Shown here: one piece after another, positions 51,707 to 63,623 of the stretch | How the letters are laid out: every line of letters begins with the position of its first letter | How positions within the stretch are numbered: the stretch's first letter is position 1 | Assembly: GCA_051362555.1 (NCBI GenBank) | Contig: CM120646.1 | Coordinates: forward strand, 12,958,001 to 13,022,000 | From: Lingula anatina | Lineage: Eukaryota > Animalia > Brachiopoda | Reading direction: 5' to 3' | DNA: 64,000 bases | Translations under genes and position numbers: made by a program | The notes under the pieces: model-generated | What the model was told of the DNA's origin: nothing | The model's input: only the letters and a program-made list of their open reading frames with translations | The model's database searches: none

Positions 51707-53436
51707 CATTGGTCTTAGTGGACACTGGTTCCTGGGCAGGTCTGGGTGGCATCAACCTGTTAACAGAAATAACATTTTTATCTCAGGAATGTGGTCAAAC
51801 AAGAAATAAAAACATGTTTTCTTGTAAGACAGTTGGTGAGATTTTACACAAACACACAATATATGAACTCTAAATAACATTACAACAATATGGAGGACTT
51901 TTAAAGGGATAACAGCTCTCCATTTTGGCGGGAAAAGTGCCATAAAACATATTTTCCTGGGGTAAAAGACTACGTTTCCATATTTAACAATGGTTAATGA
52001 CTCTTTTCCGACATTCAAAGTTGGTCTTTTTTTTTTCAAGTGTTTGTTTTGAAACAATCTCTAAAAAGATTATTGCAGAGGGTAGAAATTTATGAAGGTT
52101 CATGTGGTATGATGGCAAACATATTTTAGAACTACAATAACCACCACTATGGTGGTAAAATGGAATATATTATATTTCTGTATGTTATCTATAATGTGTT
52201 TAATGTGGAATTTTGAACCTCATATGAAGAGTTGTTACTCTTTTAAATTAAGCATTTTTAAACCAAAAAGTCTGTCTTACTTGTCTGTTTTTTTTTTTCT
52301 GCCCGTCTGACAAACCTGTACTTCTTGCACCTATTCCCCACATGATGTGTAGCCTGCTAGTAATTGTAACCGTAACTGTAGTGATAGCACAACCCATGAA
52401 CACACTGGCAGAACGGCAACCACTGCTCAACTGTTTTCAATATTTCCACGACTTTTTTTAGATTGCGCATAACTTCATCTTTACTTTTCAACTCTATTTT
52501 CATCCCTTTAATCTCCTAGAAATCTGGCAATTATTTGACCAGTTTTATTGGTCCCATGCTGGGGTAATAGGGGTTAGAAGACATACAAATTGTAACAGGT
52601 GAATAAAGAAAGTGTGTTCATTTTCCTGGATACTATGCACCGAGATGATGAAGGCATGACAGCTGACAGAGAGGTGAAGGAGTAAAGGGAACTGGCATGT
52701 AGTCAAAAATAAAAATGAATGTAATATAAGAAAAAAAAAAAAAAAAAGAAACAGATAGGAAGGGGAAAGGACCTTAAATGAAATAGAATGAGAGAAAGAA
52801 TGAGAGTTCCTAAAGAGTTGGCTGTCAGCTATATCATTGCCATTTTTTTTGCCCCACCTCTAAAAATCTATTAGTAAAGTTTGTATCAAATATTTTACAT
52901 AATAGCCTTTTAGGCTTCATTAAACCATGATCTGAATTTAACCGTTTATTTATAAAATTTGATGTGAAATCCAAAAATAACATTTAGGGTACTTCATTAG
53001 CAGTACCCACGTTTAGCGTATCACAGTGGACAGATTGCAGTAGAGAAACCACGGTACAACAACTGCATTGCTGAATGCTTTAGCCTGAGAGGGAAAGGTG
53101 TCCACTTATGTGCTTAGATCATGTTTTATTCAATAATTGAATTTAACAGCTCAACTTGCGTGATTTGTATAATTTTGTGACAGGAAAAAAGTTTGATTTA
53201 TGCACAACAGTTTATGAATGTCATTCCATGATTCCTTGTTTCTCCAAAGTCATTGTAAGTAATGTTGATAATGTATCAAAGCAACACATTTATTTCTCAA
53301 GAAAGTTGAACATTTAATTTAAAGGCACAGAACTGAACTCAACAACTGTCGTTCATGGCTGCATCTATCCATTTATTCTTTCTTTTTGTCCAACAATTTT
53401 TCTTTACAAAAGTACATGGCACTTGATCCCTCTTCC

Positions 53437-53437
<1 letters not shown>

Positions 53438-53472
<35 letters not shown>

Positions 53473-53490
53473 TGTTATTATTATTATTAT
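53438..53490. repeat. (AAT)n followed by inverted (ATT)n microsatellite
   Basis: Directly visible. Confidence 0.9.
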
Positions 53491-54606
53491 AAGAACTAAC
53501 AAAAATAATATAAGGAAAATAAAAACAAAAATATGGATGTATAGATCTCCACCAGAAACAGAGGATGGAATACACAATCTTAGCATGGATGTAGTAATAG
53601 AGCCATTAATGATTACGTACAACAATAAAGGTGAAGAACAGTAATACACACATTGGTCATTTTCAATAGACAGAAACCTATGGTGTATATTTAAAATATG
53701 CATCTTAGAGGTACTACATTTCTTAGTTCCAAAGGATACTTTTTCACTTTAAATGAATTTTGCTTAACACTATGTTTTGAGATTATCTGAATAATTAATT
53801 AATTGTGCACCACTAGAAAACGCGAGAGAGGGCATCTGATAACTTTTTATATATAAAAAATAATGACTGAACTTGCTCCGTGATCAGTGCTTTTATCATG
53901 ACACAACATTTTCTCGTATAACCACTGCACGTGGAGTCCTCTAGTGGAATAAATCTGCGCTTTTTAACTACACAAGGTACCAAATTATCTTTCTGTCTTT
54001 TATTAAATGAATTATTTCAAAACAATGGGTAGCATTCTAAAAACAATACTCCGAAATGTAAATGATGTCAAAATATTGTCTAAATGATTGTAATAATGAC
54101 CATAGCAATAATTAGCACATATTACTAAATAAATGACACTAATTACTGGTTTACTGCATAGCACTACAACTACCATTAAAAGAGGCCATAATAATTAAAT
54201 TAAACAACAGAATTACTGGTTGAAGTGTTCAGGTTTTCACCAAAAACACAGTTGTAACACTGGATTTACCAGATATCTGATACACAGATTCCTTCTTTTC
54301 CAACATATCATGAATATAAAAGGCTTCCCTTTACAAAAAGAAAGAGAAGAGAGAAAAAAGATCAGGTGAAATCAAATCAGATGTGGTGAACTGCCCACTG
54401 CTGAAACTTTGTAAGCTTTGAGGTAATATGTGTTACATGGTCATGTTGAGCTTTTAATGAAATTGTTGTGAATGACACCTGGCAATAGCTTGAAATACAA
54501 TTGTCAGAAGGCCAGTTTCAAACTCGAAAGGCTGAAAGAGGAGCTTCTGCTGCCATCAAGTTGAAACAAATTCTTAGCCAAGCAGCTAAGGATGCCACAG
54601 AAGTAA

Positions 54607-54863
54607 GGCTTCGTTCACATGCAATGTCTATTTTCTAAATTCTATTTTCTATTCGCGCTATCTTATGATCACGGTCTGTGCACTGAATATCCCGCGGCGT
54701 AATTACTGGCAGCGCGAGCCAGTTACTTATAGTAACTTATAGTAACTGGCTCGCGCTGCCAGTAATTACGCCGCGGGATATTCAGTGTACAGACCGTGAT
54801 CATAAGACATACCGAAAATAGAAAATAGAATTTAGAAAATAGACATTGCATGTGAACGAAGCC
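54607..54863. mobile_element. Near-perfect palindromic Harbinger-like MITE (family C)
   Basis: TAA|GGCTTCGTTCACATGCAATGTC...GACATTGCATGTGAACGAAGCC|TAA; arms extend to the centre near 54730. Confidence 0.92.
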
Positions 54864-55559
54864 TAATGGTGGAACTACTACAATGGACACAGCCTTGGCC
54901 TTTATGAAGCTTTCCAATTTACTCATCATCAAACTCAGATGGTTTAGCAAGCGTTGTAGGATCTTTGATTACCCTAGGACTAGTCGTAGCAGTATTCAAG
55001 TTAAAAACAGTTGTGAGCCTTAGACATAGACATTGTAATTTAAACTTGTCAACTTCATAATTGCCTTCATTAGCAAACCTACAGGACATGTCCAATATAG
55101 TACCAAACACCAGTTAAATGGAGACTGATTTATAAACTGAATTATACTCACATAGAGAGAATGAAACCCTCAGAAACTGATACACAACATTGAAACTTGA
55201 ACTGGTAAGACAACAAATGTGCAGTGAACAGGTTAGAATCATGCATCTCATGTGCCTAATCAGTTTGAAAGCTGTGAGAATTACATTAAGAGTAAACAAA
55301 GAGTGTGACTTTCAAAGACAGACATGAATGCAGTACACACATATCCTGATGTCAAACGGGACAGTTGAGAAATCACAACAACACGGCAGTTGCTATACCA
55401 GGGATTTATTTACCAAACGAGATTTTTCTTAACTAATAAATTCTGTATTAGATTGTCACTAAGTGAGTGTAATTTACAAATTAGTCTCCATTGTCATAAC
55501 AATAATCCAGATTCTTGACTCAGCATTTTTCTAACTATATATAAGCACGGATAAATCCC

Positions 55560-55995
55560 ACTACTGCCAGTAGACTCAACCTAGAGCTATGGCGACATTT
55601 CTACTTTTCGGTTCATCGTTTTGTGCCACTGCCTGTCTTAGCAGACATAACAAAACTTTGATCGTGTTGATGGACAAGAGCAAGCGCAAAATTCCCTTTA
55701 ACTTGACCGTGTGGGGCCAATTCAAGATACACGCAGAAGAAATTGAAGAGGCCTTGTTGAAAGAGCAAGTTTTAACGGTCCCATTCTGAGACAAGACCAT
55801 GTATGGTGTACAAGACCATGCAAACTCAACATCCTGCTGCCAGACTTGATAATCTTGTGTAAACTTGTGCACTGTGAGAAGACAACTTTAAAATTGGCGA
55901 GTTGAGCCAGGACTTTAGAAGAGAAAAATCCCTGAAACAATTCACCTTGAGTAAAAATGAGTACCTGAATGACCACATGCGAGTCTTGAACAATC
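55560..55995 (+). pseudogene. Possible decayed hAT (ZNF862-type) transposase C-terminus
   Basis: Frame-broken peptides SYGDI..VLCH, VWGQFK, LLPDLIILCKL, DFRREKSLK..LNDHMRV in the order expected for YG..L..HF, EW..FK, FPNL..L and the ER.FS..K dimerisation region. Weak similarity. Confidence 0.4.
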
Positions 55996-57338
55996 AGCAG
56001 AGATCAAGACCACAGGAATCAGCAAAGATGGACAGAAGAGGCAGAGAGAAATGACCTCAACCACCTAGTGGCTGTATGTAACCCCTGTGATGCTGCAGCA
56101 CCTTAGACACCCAGCAATGGTAAGCTCAGCTGAAGCAACTCATTGGCAGAAATGAGGGTAGAATAGCAAACTGTGTAATGCGGCATGCACTTAAAACCTG
56201 TTGGGATCTTTTGGCAGCAGAAATAGATTACTGTTTGAGACTGGAGAATGATTACTATGGAACAGACTTGCTAACACTTGGAAACTGAAGAAGATTGTTC
56301 CTGTCTGTGGATAAGGCAGCATGCCTGTGCCCAGATATTGAACGGTTTGTATGAAAAGTGGACATCATACAGCCTTCAATTCTGAGACTTGGCCAGTAAA
56401 GCTTACCCTGTGCCTTGCTCAGAAGATGCTGACTGACAACTAGAAATAGTAGATGCGTCTTAGGTGCCATGGAAGGTAAGAGTGGAGCATTTAGAACATT
56501 TATGTCCTGAGAAATGAAGAATTAAAAATGTTTTTAAACTTTTAATTAGGTTTTTTTCCTTAATCAGTTGTGAAAGAACAAAAAAGAGAAAATGCCAAGA
56601 AAGGGGTTGCTGAGCACAACACAGTTTTTTGGCAGAAAAAAGAGAAAGTATGAGAAATCTGCGTGGTTCCAGATATTCCATTATGTCTGTTGTCCAAGGC
56701 AGGATTCATCAAGGTAGTGACATATTCATAGATGATACTGCTGGATCACAATGCACCTGTATGGCATTAATGGCACTTGTGTATAAGGAGGTGAAAAATG
56801 TGAGGGAGCGGGATGCAAGTGAAACACAGTTCTCTATCTCTATGCGTGTATCATGAAATAGAGGAGACCCAATATTTTTTCTAAAAAATGTCAGACACAG
56901 TAGAGAACAGAGTTACATTTCAAAGTCAAGTGGTGAATCAAAAGAAAGGGCTGCACAAAATATACACCCTAGCAAGATCAATGTGAAAAAAAAGAATTCT
57001 GCAAGGATACTCTGAGAGCCACTCCCGACCATATATCAAGCTGCCAGATGGTAGTCTGTTGTCCAAGACAGGATTCATCAAGGTAGTGACATATTTATAT
57101 GTGGTACTGCTGGCTCACAATGCACCTGTATGGCATTAATGGCACTTGTGTATAATGAGGTGAAAAATGTGAGGAAGCGGGATGCAAACGACTTAGACAC
57201 CATTCTCTATGCTGGTGATGACGTCTATCGTGAAATAGAGGAAAACGAACATTTTTGCTCATAAATGAGTTGCCATCAAGAATTGAATACAATGAAACTA
57301 CTTATGTAATTAATACTACTTATGTAACTAATATGCAG

Positions 57339-57641
57339 GCTGAGTCTGATAGTGAGTGGGCGAGTCCAGTAGTGTTGGTCAAATAGAAAGATGGGTCCAT
57401 GAGATTTGCTATAGATTACAGACGACTTAACAAAGTGACAAAACCTATGCACTTTCCCTTACCCAGACTGACAGACATACTTGACGTTCTTTCTGAATCT
57501 CAGGCTAAGTATTTCAGATCACTGGACCTTTTCAGTGGGTACTGGCAGCTACCCTTAGATGAAGAGACTCGACAGCTACCCTTAGATGAAGAGACTCGAC
57601 ACAAAACTGCGTTTGTCGCACATCACGGCCACTTTCAGTTC
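57339..57641 (+). pseudogene. Ty3/Gypsy reverse transcriptase N-terminal fragment
   Basis: [48 protein letters not shown]..KTAF; internal stop and 27-bp tandem duplication (57546-57599). Confidence 0.9.
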
Positions 57642-58416
57642 ATATAACAGTACAGGGTTAGCTCTGGAGCAGGAAGGTTATCGTTCACATTGTAAGGTTA
57701 AGGCTCCCCTGTATTTTTACTGTGACAGAAATAAACCTGTATAGAATCAAAGTTATGAGTTTGTTGAGTGGAGACACCATGTCCCCAGCATACGGTTGGA
57801 GATGGATCACTAAATTTACTGGAATCACAACCACCTTTTTACACTTTAGAAAATGCAATAGACACTGCTTATACACAAGCTGGCAATTTTTTTTTCTTTT
57901 CATAATGACAAAGTAGAAAGCAGACAAAGTCAAATGGTAGATCAAAGAAAAAGGCTGCACAGAATCATACCATAGAAAATCGATGTGAAAAAATTAAAAA
58001 AAAAAAAATTTTCAGCAACAAGACTCTGAGAAACGCTCCCAACCAGATATCAAAGCTGCCAGAATACAGTTGCTAAAGTAAAAATTATGTGATCAAATTT
58101 TTATTTAAAGTGGGTGGATAATAAGTAAAACTGCATGTTATATGGAATGCTTTAGCTTTGGTGTAATTTGAAGGTTGTGATGTGTAGGTGTGTCTTAGGT
58201 GCCATGGAAAGTAAGAGTAGAGCATTTGGAAAATATATGTCTTGTGAAATGAAGAACATTAAAAATTTCTTGTAAAGTTTTGATTACTTTTTTCCTTAAT
58301 CAATTGTGAAAGAACAAAAAAAGAGAAAATGCTAAGAAAGGGGTTGCTGAGCACTACAGTTTTTTGGCAGAAAAAAGAGAGGTATGAGAAATCTGCGTGG
58401 TTCAAGATATTCCATT

Positions 58417-58995
58417 ATGTCTGTTGTCCAAGGCAGGATCCATCAAGGCAGCGACATATTCATAGATGATACTGCTGGATCACAATGCACATGTATGGCA
58501 TTAATAGCACTTGTGTATAATGAGGTGAAAAATGTGAGGGAGCGGGATACAAGCGATATAGACACCGTTCTCTATGCTGGTGATGATGTCTATCATGGAA
58601 GAAAGGAAACCGAACATTTTTGCTCATAAATGAGTTGCCATCAAGAGTTGAAAACAATGAAACTACTTATGTTATTAATACTCAAGAATATTTTGATGGA
58701 TCACTAAATTTACTGGAATCACAACCATCTTTTTACACTTTAGAAAATGCAATAGACACTGCTTATACACAACCTGGAAATTTTTCTTTTTTTTTTTTTT
58801 TTTTTTTTTGGCTTAATGGGCTCTGAAGACTTGTGTTTTGTGACTATGGCGCTCTAAATGCATGATGGAAGGCATATCATCCTTGATTCCCATAGCCAAA
58901 AACAGCAATGGGCTTGGAGATCCAAACAAGAAAGCTACAGTTTTGGAATTGAATACACAAGCTGCTCTTGTACATTAATTGAGAGAACTGACAGT
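58417..58995 (+). pseudogene. Peptidase C76-like (herpesvirus tegument USP-type) deubiquitinase remnant, most complete copy
   Basis: VQGRIHQGSDIF..TAGSQCTCMAL (Cys codon 58486), DIDTVLYAGDDVY, LLINELP, then IILDSHS (58885-58893) and G..KA.VL; frameshifts and a poly-T insertion. Confidence 0.75.
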
Positions 58996-59581
58996 TTCTT
59001 TGAATCTCAGAAACAGTAGTGCTTTTGAAGTGATGCCTTGTTCTGTTAAAACCTCTACTGATTTGTTTCCTTTTGAACTCTAATCTTATTTTGAAAAGTA
59101 GAGATATTATGAAAATATGCAGAAAAGAGAACAAAGAAAAATGAAAAAAGGAACTAGTATAAAAGTTGTGTAGAGCCATAAGTTAAAGCTGCCAGAAGAA
59201 ATATAGAGCAGAGTTACCTTTGAAAGCAAAATGGTGCATCAAAGAAAAAGGCTTAAACAAAAATCCATCTCAAACTGTCCAGAGTCTTTCATTATTATTA
59301 GTGATGACAACGAAACGAGCGACTCTGACAACGACAGAGTACACTCTGTTGTCCAAGGCAGGATCCATCAAGGCAGTGGCATATTATAGATGGCACTGCT
59401 GGCTCACAATGCACTTGTATGGCATTTATGGCACTTGTGTATAATGAGGTGAAAAATGTGAGGGAGTGGGATGCAAGCAATATAGACATCATTCTCTATG
59501 CTGGTGATCACATCTTAGAAATTATTTAATGAAATTAGTGGACATTAATATCTTGAAGCCATGAAAATGTTTTACCTGAAG

Positions 59582-59755
59582 GAAGATTACGTGCAGTGCC
59601 AATGTGCGTAGGTTGAAAACGGGATGCACACAATGCGAGATTTCCTCATCTGGTACAACAACAAAGACGCTGAACCGATATTGGAAGCGGTGGCAAAAAT
59701 GGTCACCTTTTACAAAGAAAGGGATATAGACATCTTTAAGGATGGCATTAGCATG
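59582..59755 (+). pseudogene. Polinton/Maverick-type protein-primed DNA polymerase B fragment (ExoIII region)
   Basis: EDYVQCQCA*VENGMHTMRDFLIWYNNKDAEPILEAV..FYKERDIDIFKDGIS resembles the DFL.WYNN.DV.PF..FY..IDMFKDGIS pattern of these polymerases. Confidence 0.7.
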
Positions 59756-61309
59756 CTACACCGCGGTTTAATGAGAATGTTAATGATGAAGATTAAAGGA
59801 AAGCAAGATTCCAGATAAATGTACAATTGATACACTTGTGCACATGTTGCATTGTAAGAAAGAAGACGTGCACAAAATGTGCATAAAAACTCCATCCATC
59901 AGTCGCTGTTTAATCAAAAATGGCACGATTATACATTTTACAGTGCGATGACTGTTTTCAAAATGATAATAAAAATCGTCCTAATGATGGGACGACAATG
60001 GCTTTTAGGTTAGAGGTGAGTAACATATTTTTATACTTAAGAAAATTGTGAAATAACAGGTAGGGTTACACCAAACTTTAATTAATCATCGTATGTACGT
60101 TTAGATTGTTTAGTATGTAGTAACGAAGATCGGTTGTCTTTGTACATTATACATTTTACCTTTACAGATATTTATAGGACAAAGAGGCTGTCGAGGGCTT
60201 AGGGGTTCTTGAAATGGAAGATTACGATGTGACAGAGGTAAATGCACACTGTAAAAGAATGCACACCGTAAAAGATCGATGTGAAAAATAAAGAGTTCAG
60301 CAACGACTCTGAAAAATGCTTCCAACCAGATATTAAAGATGCCAGACACAGTAGAGAACAGAGTTACCTTTCAAAGTAAAATGGTGAATCAAGAGAAAGG
60401 GCTGCACAAAATGTACACCCTAGCAAGATCAATGTGAAAAAAAGAATTCTGCAAGGATACTCTGAGAGACACTCCCAACCATATATCAAGCTGCCAGATG
60501 GTAGTCTGTTGTCCAAGGCAGGATCCATCAAGGCAGTGGCATATTTATAGATGGCACTGCTGGCTCACAATGCACCTGTATGGCATTAGTGACACTTGTG
60601 TATAATGAGGTGAAAAATGTGTGGGAGTGGGATACAAGCAATATAGACACCGTTCTCTATGCTGGTGATGATGTCTATCATGGAATAAAGGAAACCGAAC
60701 ATTTTTGCTCATAAATGAGTTGCCGTGAAGAGTTGAATACAATGAAACTACTTATGTTATTAATACTCAAGAATATTTTGATGGATCACTAAATTTACTG
60801 GAATCACAACCATCTTTTTACACTTTAGAAAATGCAATAGACTCTACTTATACACAACCTGGAATTTTTTTTTTTTTTTTTTTTTTTGGCTTAATGGGCT
60901 CTGAAGACTTGTGTTTTGCGACTATGGCGTTCTAAATGCATGATGGAAGACATTTCATCCTTGATTTCCATAGCCAAAATAGCAATGGGCTTGGAGATCC
61001 AAATTAGAAAGCTGCAGTTTTGGAATTAAAAAGACAAGTTGCTCTTGTACATTACTTTAGAGAACTTAGTTTCTTTGAATCTCAGAAACAGTAGTGCTTT
61101 TGAAGTGATGCACTACCTTTTGAGAAACGCCATCATGAGCCGGTACACTCCGAGTACACTCCAAAAGCATGCTTCAAGAATTTTGGAAAAGAAGATTCCT
61201 TTTGCTAAAGAATTTTTAGCATTAAAACCATTGACAGAAATTGCTAAATGTATATTTTCCCCGGGGGAAAAAAGAAGTTGACGAACATAACAAAGATCTG
61301 TAAGAGACA

Positions 61310-61868
61310 CTTTGTTCTGACATCATTACAATAGAAGCAGCTGATATCATGAATTTAAGGTCAGGACAAACAAAAAGAAAGAAGGTTCTTTATGCTAAAG
61401 AATTTTTAGCATTAAAACCATTGATAGAAATTGCTATAAATGCAAGTGTTATGCTTAAAACAAATCTTAATGTTGGTGATGGACTTTCAAATGGCATTAT
61501 GGATACTGTTGTGAAGATTGAACAAAGTACAAAACCATTAAATCAACCCACAGTACATCTGGGTACATTTTGATAACCCCAAAATAGATACAAATACCAG
61601 GCAACAAACAGTAAGACCTGAAAATATACCTACAAACAGTGTAAAACTTAAGCCACATGTAGAACTTATTGAACATCAGTCAGTAAAAGTGGCTTGATAC
61701 CAATACCCTCTTAAGTTAGCATGGGTCTGCACTGTTCATAAAACTCAAGCGAAAACTGTTACTGATGCAGTAGTTTCATTGAAACATGTTTTTGCACCAG
61801 GTATCAGGTATGTTGCACTTAGTCACACGACTAAATTATCAGGTCTGCAACTTTTTAAGTTTTGATAG
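61310..61868 (+). pseudogene. PIF1-family helicase C-terminal remnant
   Basis: IAINASVMLKTNLNVGDGLSNGIMDTV (2B region), then from 61701 [38 protein letters not shown] (motifs V/VI); stops and frameshifts. Confidence 0.88.
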
Positions 61869-61970
61869 AACTGATGAAGCCGCCACCCTCGGTCTTCCTC
61901 TGGAACAACAATGCCTTTGTCTCGGAGTTGTTCGAAGATTGTTTGCTGTGGTGCATAAGACCGATACTAG

Positions 61971-62115
61971 CCATACAGAGCTACATTCGATATTGAGTGC
62001 CTGTTGTTTAAACACGAACACCCTGAACACTGTCCAAAGCTTCACTTGGAAAATGAACACCAATTTCTATGTGTAAGTGTGTGCAATAATGTGCCTGGAT
62101 ATGGCAAACCATGTG
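61971..62115 (+). pseudogene. Second pPolB fragment (ExoI region)
   Basis: PYRATFDIECLL..KLHLENEHQFLCVSVCNNVPGY resembles the PY...FDFE..H.P.SVSV.SNVPG pattern. Confidence 0.6.
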
Positions 62116-63623
62116 CATCATCTCCAATGAAAGTTTATTTGATTAGAAAGTAATGGATTATTGAAAATCTATTTTGTCTTTACAGGAAAGTAGTGAAGGG
62201 GGCAGCTGAACGCTGAGAAATCAGATCCTAACAGGAGGGAAATATTCGGGAAAAGGTCCACCATGAGCACTCGGGACATTCAGTCTGAAGTTCTTACAAC
62301 ATGAACATTCAATAATAATGAGACAAAAAGATGATCAACCACTTGCTAATTTGCCGTACTTTTCAGAGCTACGAGTTTACTTTACAAAACAACACAGGAG
62401 ATTGCCGAGCAACAGGGTTAAGAATTTTAATGAAAAAGATTAAAGGAAAGCAAGATTCCAGATAAATGTACAATTGATACACTTCTGCACATGTCGCACT
62501 GTAAGAAACAGAATGTGTATAAAAAACCTGTCCATTGGTCGCTGTTTCATCAAAAATGGGACGGTTATAGGTGTGACAGTGTAACGACTGTAACAAAATA
62601 ATCCTCAAAATTGTCCTGGACGACGGGACGACAATGGCTTTTAGGTTGGAGGTGAGTAACATATTTTTATACTTAAGAAAATTGTGAAATAACAGGTAGG
62701 GTTACACCAAACTTTTATTAATCATCGTATGTACGTTTAGATCATTTAGTATGCAGTAACAAAGATCGGTTGTCTCTTTACATTTTATATTTTACCTTTA
62801 CATATATTTACAGGATGAAGAGGCTGTCGAGGACTTTGGGGTCCTTGAATACGAAGATTACGAAGTGGTAGAGGTAAGCAGAAATATTTATCCACTAGTT
62901 AAAAGGCAAACGTAGGGCAAAAATGAGGTGGTAAAGACTAGCATCTTATATTGACGATTTAAAAGCTTCCATAGACTAATAACCAGTATGTTTTTATATA
63001 ACAGGTCGCTTTACCAGAAGAGATGCAAGAAATGGACCAGTAAGATAAAAACAAGACAGGTGAGTTTTAGCATTTTGTTTACTGAGTCGAATTTTATCAG
63101 TGTCATGTAATGGACTCTCGTTTTACTGCGTGCTTAAATGTTTAAATGACATAGATGTTTTAATGGTCACTAGGTCCAGATAGTAGTCTATTGTCCAAGG
63201 CAGGATTCATCAAGGTAGTGGCATATTTATAGAAGGAACTGCTGGCTCACAATGCACCTGTATGGCATTAATGGCACTTGTGTATAATGATGTGAAAAAT
63301 GTGAGGGAGTGGGATGCAAGCGATATAGACACTGCATGTCATCCTTGATTCCCATAGCCAAAAACAGCAATGGGCTTGGAGATCCAAATAAGAAAGCTTT
63401 AGATTTGGAATTGAATACACAAGCTGCTCTTGTACATTACTTGAGAGAACTGACAGTTTCTTTGAATCTCAGGAACAGTAGTGCTTCTGAAGTGATGCCT
63501 CTATCATAGTTCTATATTAGTTTTTATTTGTTATTTTTTCAACTTTATTCTCAAATATAATTCTCTTAACTGCAGTTGTGCCATGGCCACTTATGTCAGT
63601 GACATGGACACAATAAAAGTTAA

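Larger units (their letters stand above)
56455..63505 (+). mobile_element. Decayed, internally duplicated Helitron-like mosaic (C76-like protease x6, PIF1, pPolB and RT fragments)
   Basis: Repeated blocks 56455-56820 ~ 58190-58550; 56893-57320 ~ 60343-60770; 58810-59035 ~ 60890-61110 ~ 63337-63500; 59770-60240 ~ 62420-62875; coding remnants listed separately. Termini not identified. Confidence 0.7.

Noticed and set aside
53339-53703. ORFs with poly-Ile/Tyr/Asn
   Set aside because: Translations of (AAT)n microsatellites; likewise the ORFs over CA/GA repeats at 10.9, 13.0, 29.3 and 34.5 kb.
56455-63505. Intact endogenous herpesvirus or Polinton
   Set aside because: No capsid, terminase, integrase or long ORF; only short broken fragments.
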